A stretch of 64,000 nt of DNA, taken from Candidatus Gastranaerophilus phascolarcticola. Lineage in GTDB: Bacteria > Cyanobacteriota > Vampirovibrionia > Gastranaerophilales > Gastranaerophilaceae. Location: contig MOYE01000004.1 of the NCBI GenBank assembly GCA_001899335.1, forward strand, positions 198,264 to 262,263, in the 5' to 3' direction. This document shows positions 37,407 to 43,916 of this stretch, one piece after another; within the stretch, counting starts at the first letter, position 1, and every line of letters starts with the position of its first letter. The notes below the pieces were generated by a model. The model ran no database searches. It was given only the letters and a program-made list of their open reading frames with translations, and was not told where the DNA came from. The position numbers and the translations under genes are program-made.

Positions 37407-38389
37407 TACTTTTTACCAACTTTGTTCCAATCAACAATGACACTCATTCCGGCAATCATTCCCTCTACAGGTTCAATTGGTTTTGCATGGATTTCAAATG
37501 TTTTTAAGTCAAAATCTCCTCTAATTTTTGTTGCACGCCAAGTTGAATAATTGCCCATTGCGCTGATATAGTTTACCTTAACTCTTATATTTTCTTTACC
37601 GATAGCGGGAATTTTAACGTTAAATTCGCTTCCGATTTTAATTTTGGAAACTAAATCCTCTCTTAAATTTAGTACAATCCAGTTATCTGTTACATCTACA
37701 ATAGAAATAATCGTATACCCTGCACCAGCTAGTTCACCTTTTTCGATGGCAATTTCCTTAACCTGTCCGGAAATCGGTGACTTTATTTCGTTTTCGTCAA
37801 TATAAGATTTTATTTCCTGCTGATTACTTTGCGCCTGTTTAACGTTTGCTGCAGCAAACAGTTTTTCTTCATATCTGGAACCGTTTATATCCATTCTTAC
37901 ACTTTCAAGTGCCATATCTCTTGCCTTTAAAGCATTTTTATAATTTGTTTTTGCTTCATCAAACTTCTGAACGGGAACAGCACCGGCATCACTTAGATTT
38001 TTCATCCTGTTATAATCTTTTTCCGCAAGCCGTAATTTATTTTCTGCCTGATGTAAGGCATCAAGATTTATTTTCTTTTGTTCTTCTCTGATACCGTTAT
38101 TTATTTCAAGCTGTTTTGCTTTTGCAATATCAACGGCAGCCTTTGCCTGCTCATGTTTTGCCGTAATATCGGGAATATCAAGCGTAATCAAAGTCTGTCC
38201 CGCCTGAACCATATCGCCTTCTTCAATATGTATTGTTTTAACTCTACCGGTTATTTTTGATGACAAATCATATGTTCTGGTATCAACTTCTCCCTGCAGG
38301 ATAAGTTCGTTGTTTTTAACAACAGCCAGGAATACTAAAGTCAATAATGTTAAAGCAGTTAAAATCGCAGCTATGTAAATTCTTTTCAT
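37406..38389 (-). CDS. HlyD-family membrane-fusion (periplasmic adaptor) protein
   Basis: Start chosen at ATG 38389 (MKRIYIAAILTAL..., preceded by GGAG). TM anchor, biotinyl/lipoyl-like motif GDMVQAGQTLITLD, a coiled-coil and a beta-barrel tail. Confidence 0.8.
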   Translation of the reverse strand: MKRIYIAAILTALTLLTLVFLAVVKNNELILQGEVDTRTYDLSSKITGRVKTIHIEEGDMVQAGQTLITLDIPDITAKHEQAKAAVDIAKAKQLEINNGIREEQKKINLDALHQAENKLRLAEKDYNRMKNLSDAGAVPVQKFDEAKTNYKNALKARDMALESVRMDINGSRYEEKLFAAANVKQAQSNQQEIKSYIDENEIKSPISGQVKEIAIEKGELAGAGYTIISIVDVTDNWIVLNLREDLVSKIKIGSEFNVKIPAIGKENIRVKVNYISAMGNYSTWRATKIRGDFDLKTFEIHAKPIEPVEGMIAGMSVIVDWNKVGKK

Positions 38390-38502
38390 ATAACACTCCG
38401 TGTCATAAATATCATTAATCATATTGGTTGACATATCAACCAATTGACATAATAACACAAGTTGTTTATCATGGCAAGATAGGTAGAATACGGAAATAAT
38501 TT

Positions 38503-38952
38503 ATGAAAGAAATGCATTACACGGATACTCTTATGTATTCAATAGATAAGACTTTAAAGAACATAAAATTTAATTTAAACCAGTATATATTGGAGGCTGC
38601 CAAAATAACAGCGGAACAATTTGCGGTATTGGATACAATATATGTAAATGAAAATATATGCCAGCAGGATGTAGCGGTTATTCTTTCAAAGGATAAATCA
38701 AATATTAAAAGAATTGTTGAAATATTAGAAAAGTCTGGTTATATAACAAGGCAGACAGGACGAAAAAATAACAGACTGGTTAATTATTTGAATATAACTA
38801 AATCCGGAGAAGAATTAATTGAAAATAACATAAATGATATTAGAAATTATATGAAGAATTTCCTTGGAAATATTACAGATGAAGAAGTTTGTTGTTTGGA
38901 GAAGATTGTTTTAAAGTTGCAAAACGTTAATCAAAATTCAAGTTTGCAATAG
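38503..38952 (+). CDS. MarR-family transcriptional regulator
   Basis: 149 aa. Winged-helix pattern ITAEQFAVLDTIYVNENICQQDVAVILSKDKSNIKRIVEILEKSGYITR. Divergent from the efflux operon. Confidence 0.85.
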   Translation: MKEMHYTDTLMYSIDKTLKNIKFNLNQYILEAAKITAEQFAVLDTIYVNENICQQDVAVILSKDKSNIKRIVEILEKSGYITRQTGRKNNRLVNYLNITKSGEELIENNINDIRNYMKNFLGNITDEEVCCLEKIVLKLQNVNQNSSLQ

Positions 38953-39002
38953 ATATTTATCTTAATTTTATTGTAAAATATTCCTAAAAAGGAGATTAAC
39001 GT

Positions 39003-39455
39003 ATGCTGAACTTGAAACTTAACGGACTTGATATTAATGGTGAAGAAAAAGAATTTAGTTTAAGAGATTTTAGCGGACAGAGAGTTATTTTGTATTTTTA
39101 TCCTAAAGATAATACTTCAGGCTGTACTCAGGAAGCATGTGATTTTCGCGACAATATTAATCGTTTAACAGGCATTGCTCCGGTAATTGGTGTAAGTCCT
39201 GACAGTATTAAAAGCCATAAATCATTCAAAGAAAAGCAGGGATTAAATTTTATACTTTTGTCTGATCCAGAGCATAAACTTGCGGAAAGTTTTGATGTTT
39301 GGAAAGAGAAATCAATGTACGGCAGAAAGTATATGGGTATTGAGCGTTCAACTTTTATTATTAACGCAGAAGGTAAGATAGAAAAAGAGTGGCGAAAAGT
39401 TAAGGTTAAGGGGCATGTTGACGAGGTTTTATGGTATTTAAAAGAGATAAAATAA
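39003..39455 (+). CDS. bcp: thiol peroxidase Bcp (peroxiredoxin)
   Basis: 150 aa. YFYPKDNTSGCTQEAC (CxxxxC active site) and an AhpC/TSA fold pattern. Confidence 0.9.
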   Translation: MLNLKLNGLDINGEEKEFSLRDFSGQRVILYFYPKDNTSGCTQEACDFRDNINRLTGIAPVIGVSPDSIKSHKSFKEKQGLNFILLSDPEHKLAESFDVWKEKSMYGRKYMGIERSTFIINAEGKIEKEWRKVKVKGHVDEVLWYLKEIK

Positions 39456-40106
39456 ATGACGTTTAATGTTAGAGGTTGGTTAGCTGAAATGACAGCTAAA
39501 ATCAGTGAGTGTTTTGGTGAACGCCTTATTTTCATTGGATTTCAGGGAAGTTTCAAACGCGGGGAGGCAACATCCGCAAGCGATATCGATTTAGTCGTTA
39601 TTCTTGATGAGTTGAATATTGATGATTTAGTACACTACAGAGAAATCGTCCGTTCGATGCCGTATTCCGAGAAAGCCTGTGGGTTTATTTCTGGGAAAAA
39701 AGAAATTCAGAACTGGTCTAAGTCAGATTTATTTCAATTTTATTATGAGACGGAGGCATTGTATGGAGATATTAATGACCTAATCACTCCGCCGGAGAAA
39801 GAGGATATTAAGCGTGCGGTTAAAGCAAGTTCAGAAACTTTATTTCACGCAGCTTGTCATAGTTTTGTGTTTGATGAAAACCAGCGTGAAAGTCTTACAG
39901 CTCTTTATAAAATGACTTTCTTTATATTGCAGGCTGAATTTTATCTTAAAAATGAACATTATGTGCCTTCTAAAAGAGAACTTTTGACTTTTTTATCAGG
40001 TCTTGATGCAGAAATATTACAAACTTGTATAAATAATGATTTTGTGAAAGAAAATATTTTAGTATTATATGACAAGTTAATAAGCTGGTGCAGTGTGCGG
40101 ATTTAG
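39456..40106 (+). CDS. nucleotidyltransferase-domain protein (KNTase/ANT-like)
   Basis: 216 aa. GFQGSFKRGEATSASDIDLVVIL carries the GS...DxD motif of the pol-beta NTase fold, with a helical C-terminal half. The ATG immediately follows the bcp stop. Confidence 0.65.
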   Translation: MTFNVRGWLAEMTAKISECFGERLIFIGFQGSFKRGEATSASDIDLVVILDELNIDDLVHYREIVRSMPYSEKACGFISGKKEIQNWSKSDLFQFYYETEALYGDINDLITPPEKEDIKRAVKASSETLFHAACHSFVFDENQRESLTALYKMTFFILQAEFYLKNEHYVPSKRELLTFLSGLDAEILQTCINNDFVKENILVLYDKLISWCSVRI

Positions 40107-40164
40107 TGAGGGTTCTTGCTAATTTTGTCTGAATAATCTATAATACCCGTAAAGGAGCAAAAGA

Positions 40165-41517
40165 ATGAGTGAATATATTTTAAATGTCATTAATCAAGTG
40201 AAAGAGAAAAATGCGGGTGAAGCACAATTTATTCAGGCGGTTGATGAGGTTTTAGGTTCTATTGCTCCGGTTGTGCTTAAGCACGAGGAGGAATACAAAC
40301 GTCTTGGGCTTTTGGAAAGAATTGTTGAACCGGAAAGAGTTATAAGTTTCAGGGTTCCGTGGGTGGACGATAACGGTCAGACAAGAGTAAACCGTGGTTT
40401 TAGAGTGCAGTTTAACGGCTCAATCGGTCCGTATAAAGGCGGGTTGAGATTTCATCCGACCGTAAACCAAAGTATTATGAAATTCCTTGCGTTTGAACAG
40501 ATTTTTAAGAATGCACTTACCGGATTTCCTATTGGCGGCGGTAAAGGCGGTTCGGATTTTGACCCGAAAGGAAAATCTGATAACGAGATTATGCGTTTTT
40601 GTCAAAGTTTTATGACCGAACTTCAAAAACATATTGGTCAGGATGTTGACGTTCCGGCTGGTGATATCGGTGTTGGGGCTCGTGAGATTGGTTATCTTTT
40701 CGGGCAATACAGACGTATAAAAAATGATTTTGAGGCTGGGGTTTTGACCGGTAAAGGGCTTGTATACGGCGGTTCTTTGGCAAGAAAAGAGGCGACCGGA
40801 TACGGGTTGGTTTACTTTATGCAGGAAATGCTTTGTGCAAACGGTTTGAGTATGCAGAATAAAACTGTGACGATTTCGGGTTCCGGAAACGTTGCGATTT
40901 ATGCGTGTGAAAAGGCGCAGGCTTGCGGCGCAAAAGTTGTAGCGATGAGTGATTCAAATGGCTGCGTTTACGATTTGAACGGAATAAATTTGGATATTGT
41001 TAAAGAGATTAAAGAGGTTAAACGCGGAAGAATCAGGGAATATGTGAACTATGTTCCGGAAGCGGTTTATATGGAAAATAACGCTCCGACACCTGCGGTT
41101 TATACTATTAAGGCTGACGTTGTGCTTCCTTGTGCAACTGAAAATGATATTAACCTTGAGACCGCGAAAATTCTTGTGGCAAACGGACTTATTGCGCTGG
41201 GTGAGGGAGCCAATATGCCGACTAACAAAGAGGCTATAGAATACTTTTTGGAACACGGTGTATTGTTTGCGCCAGCAAAGGCTGCTAATGCCGGCGGCGT
41301 TGCTGTTTCCGCGCTTGAAATGTCACAAAACAGTATGCGTTACTCTTGGACTTTTGAAGAAGTTGATAAAAAACTTGAAAGAATAATGGCAAACATTTTT
41401 GCGGCTGCGAAAAATGCTGCAGAGGAATACGGTTTAGGTACTAATTATCTGGCAGGAGCGAATATTGCGGCGTTTAGAAAAATCGCTGATGCTATGATTG
41501 CACAAGGTGTTATCTAA
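40165..41517 (+). CDS. gdhA: glutamate dehydrogenase
   Basis: 450 aa. Catalytic-lysine region PIGGGKGGSDFDPKGKS and dinucleotide fold GSGNVA. Confidence 0.95.
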   Translation: MSEYILNVINQVKEKNAGEAQFIQAVDEVLGSIAPVVLKHEEEYKRLGLLERIVEPERVISFRVPWVDDNGQTRVNRGFRVQFNGSIGPYKGGLRFHPTVNQSIMKFLAFEQIFKNALTGFPIGGGKGGSDFDPKGKSDNEIMRFCQSFMTELQKHIGQDVDVPAGDIGVGAREIGYLFGQYRRIKNDFEAGVLTGKGLVYGGSLARKEATGYGLVYFMQEMLCANGLSMQNKTVTISGSGNVAIYACEKAQACGAKVVAMSDSNGCVYDLNGINLDIVKEIKEVKRGRIREYVNYVPEAVYMENNAPTPAVYTIKADVVLPCATENDINLETAKILVANGLIALGEGANMPTNKEAIEYFLEHGVLFAPAKAANAGGVAVSALEMSQNSMRYSWTFEEVDKKLERIMANIFAAAKNAAEEYGLGTNYLAGANIAAFRKIADAMIAQGVI

Positions 41518-42371
41518 AGAATTATAATCAATGTGATTAAATAAATGGCAATGAACGATTGGATAACTTTGTCTCTGTAGATGAAATGTACAGGGTCATC
41601 TATTTCTTTTGAGTTGAAAATAAGATAAATAAGGCGGAACATCAGAATTGTGAACGGAATTGTTGTTACATATAGGAACTGGCTGCCTGTTTTTTCGATT
41701 GTTATCGGGTCAAGCATATAGTTGAAGTAAAAAGTAATCGTAAGGATTGCGTTTATTATCACGAAATGTTTTAACAAGCCATTGTCAAACCCTTTTATAG
41801 ATTGACGACAGGTATTATCGGTAAGCATAGCAGATTCTAGGGTTCTTTTAGAGAATGTGAAAAACATTGACAGGAAAAAAGTCAAAAGGATTACGAGCGG
41901 TGACGGTATGACGTTAATAGCCGCGCAGCCGGAAAGTATTCTTAAAATAAACCCGAGAGCTATACATAAAACGTCAACCAGCGCAAGGGTTTTGAGTTTT
42001 AGGGTGTATAAAATGTTCAGTAAAATGTAACTTATTATAATTAACAGGCATAATTTATTTAAACTTCCTGCTAAAATTAATCCGCTGCAAAGCATTATAA
42101 CTAATAAGGAGATTGCAAGTGCGGGTGTAACTTTGCCGCTTGCAATCGGTCGGTTGCATTTTATCGGGTGCAGACGGTCTTTTCGGATATCAATCAGGTC
42201 GTTAAAAATATAGACGACAGAAGAAATAAGGCAGAACGCTGCAAACATAATCGCTGCACGGACGCAGGAGTCGGGCTCTTTAACGAGCATTGAGAAGACC
42301 AGCGGTACAAAGATTATCAAATTTTTTATATAATGGTTTATTCTTATTGTTTTGAGAATTTCTTTGAACAT
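41514..42371 (-). CDS. UbiA-family prenyltransferase (decaprenyl-phosphate phosphoribosyltransferase-like)
   Basis: 285 aa and polytopic. First Asp-rich motif NDLIDIRKDRLHP. Confidence 0.8.
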   Translation of the reverse strand: MFKEILKTIRINHYIKNLIIFVPLVFSMLVKEPDSCVRAAIMFAAFCLISSVVYIFNDLIDIRKDRLHPIKCNRPIASGKVTPALAISLLVIMLCSGLILAGSLNKLCLLIIISYILLNILYTLKLKTLALVDVLCIALGFILRILSGCAAINVIPSPLVILLTFFLSMFFTFSKRTLESAMLTDNTCRQSIKGFDNGLLKHFVIINAILTITFYFNYMLDPITIEKTGSQFLYVTTIPFTILMFRLIYLIFNSKEIDDPVHFIYRDKVIQSFIAIYLITLIIIL

Positions 42372-42373
42372 AT

Positions 42374-43903
42374 TTACCCTCTGATTTTTGAAATGTTACT
42401 TAGTACGGCTGACAACAAAATAAAAATAAAGTAGAAGTTTACCCAATAGAAATATCTGTCCGAGAAAGTTTCGCTAGCGAGACTTTTGAGTGGCGTATTA
42501 GACAGCGCAGCCACGGGTTGACCTGCGTGAGCGGGGCAAGCAGGTGGCGGAGAACTGCTTTTTCTGTTTTTGAAGAATTTTTTCAAGCCAATAGCACTAA
42601 TGCCAATTGCAGTGGTGATTACCAGTGATTGAAAAATCCATTTTGGGCAGAAATTATTTACCAAAGTGAAATTGAATATTGTAATATCAATTTCTCTTAG
42701 GGTAAGAATGTTGAAAATGAGTACAAGTTGGAAAAACAGCCTGTAAAAAATTTCTGTTCCGTGATTATTGGTTACTATTCCGGCAAAAATAAATATGAGA
42801 TACAGATAGTTTTGCGAATAGATGAAACACTCTTTGCTGCCGTAAACGAACAGCAGTATGCTGTTAATAAGAATTATTATGGCTATTGTTGCAAGGAGGT
42901 CGATATTTTTGGTGGATTTAAAGTTTTTGAAAAATATTACCAACGGTAAAATATATAAACTTATACCGACAACCAGATTTTTCCACGAGAAACCGCTGTT
43001 TATTTGAAAATCAGGTATGGTTTCACTATCCCCTGGGATGAGGAATAAATTCGGTGCTAAAATCGGAGCCGAAAACATTTGTACAAAAGTTTCGTTAATC
43101 TTTTCGAAACTGAAGTTGAAATCTAGATATTTAAAGTCTTCAAAGTTGCGTGGTTCACTAAAGGCGTTTCCCAGTTTTTCTAAAAAGAAAGGCGTGTGTA
43201 TGAAACAATATTTTTGCAGCCACGCAAAAAAGACTAATAGCGCGCAAGAAGTGAGAATTATTTTGGCAAAATTTATAAGCCCTTGCTGAATATTTTGCGC
43301 ATAAATCCTCCATAACAGCCAAATAACGGTTATGATAAATGTAATTGCGTTTGATAAGATTATTCCTGTACTAAGTATGCCTAGAAACGAAATGACAAGA
43401 ATATTTTTCCACGACAAGCCGTCGGATTTTTGTGTAAGCCTTATTGCGTAATGCCACAAAAGCAATTGAGAAAATGCTGAAAAAATATAAGTTTCCGGCA
43501 GCGCTGTGAATATCAGCGTTGAAAAACTTATTCCGTATAGTGAGGCAAAAATCAATGATGTGCTTTTATTTTTGGTAAGAGATTTCAAGATTGAAAAAAC
43601 TAAACATACATTTGCACTTGCAATTATTGATTGAAAAACTATGACTGTTCTATGCGGGTCTTTAAAAAAGCTGTCAATTAAAGAAACGACAGGTTGAAGC
43701 AGTATCAGCATTAACGGATGAACCGCGATGCGGTAATGGTTTGCCACACGCTCCGTCAAATCCTTAAAAACACGCGCACAGTCACTTCCAAAGAAAATGT
43801 TATTATCATCAAGAATAAAGGTATTGTTATAACATAGCCAAAACCCTACTGTTATGTATAAAAACAAAAATGCTAGGAATATATTTAGTGTTTTATTATT
43901 CAT
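42374..43903 (-). CDS. polytopic membrane protein (GT-C-like glycosyltransferase candidate) carrying an in-frame repeat-element insertion near the C-terminus
   Basis: 509 aa with many TM helices. The SSSPPPACPAHAGQPVAALSNTPLKSLASETFSD segment is encoded by repeat copy A and is followed by one more TM helix. Confidence 0.55.
   Translation of the reverse strand: MNNKTLNIFLAFLFLYITVGFWLCYNNTFILDDNNIFFGSDCARVFKDLTERVANHYRIAVHPLMLILLQPVVSLIDSFFKDPHRTVIVFQSIIASANVCLVFSILKSLTKNKSTSLIFASLYGISFSTLIFTALPETYIFSAFSQLLLWHYAIRLTQKSDGLSWKNILVISFLGILSTGIILSNAITFIITVIWLLWRIYAQNIQQGLINFAKIILTSCALLVFFAWLQKYCFIHTPFFLEKLGNAFSEPRNFEDFKYLDFNFSFEKINETFVQMFSAPILAPNLFLIPGDSETIPDFQINSGFSWKNLVVGISLYILPLVIFFKNFKSTKNIDLLATIAIIILINSILLFVYGSKECFIYSQNYLYLIFIFAGIVTNNHGTEIFYRLFFQLVLIFNILTLREIDITIFNFTLVNNFCPKWIFQSLVITTAIGISAIGLKKFFKNRKSSSPPPACPAHAGQPVAALSNTPLKSLASETFSDRYFYWVNFYFIFILLSAVLSNISKIRG
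42458..42566 (+). repeat. GC-rich structured repeat element, copy A
   Basis: Aligns with 63336-63455. The core GAGTGGCGTAT.AGACAGCGCAGCCACGGGTTG...GCAAGCAGGTGGCGGAGAACTGCTTT is shared, and the two stems covary. Confidence 0.8.
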
Positions 43904-43916
43904 AAAATTCCCTTTA

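Noticed and set aside
37406-38458. The longer 350-aa version of the HlyD ORF, starting at 38458.
   Set aside because: The first 23 codons precede a good GGAG plus ATG (38389), which yields a typical short cytoplasmic tail plus TM anchor. The longer start would also encroach on the divergent MarR promoter region.
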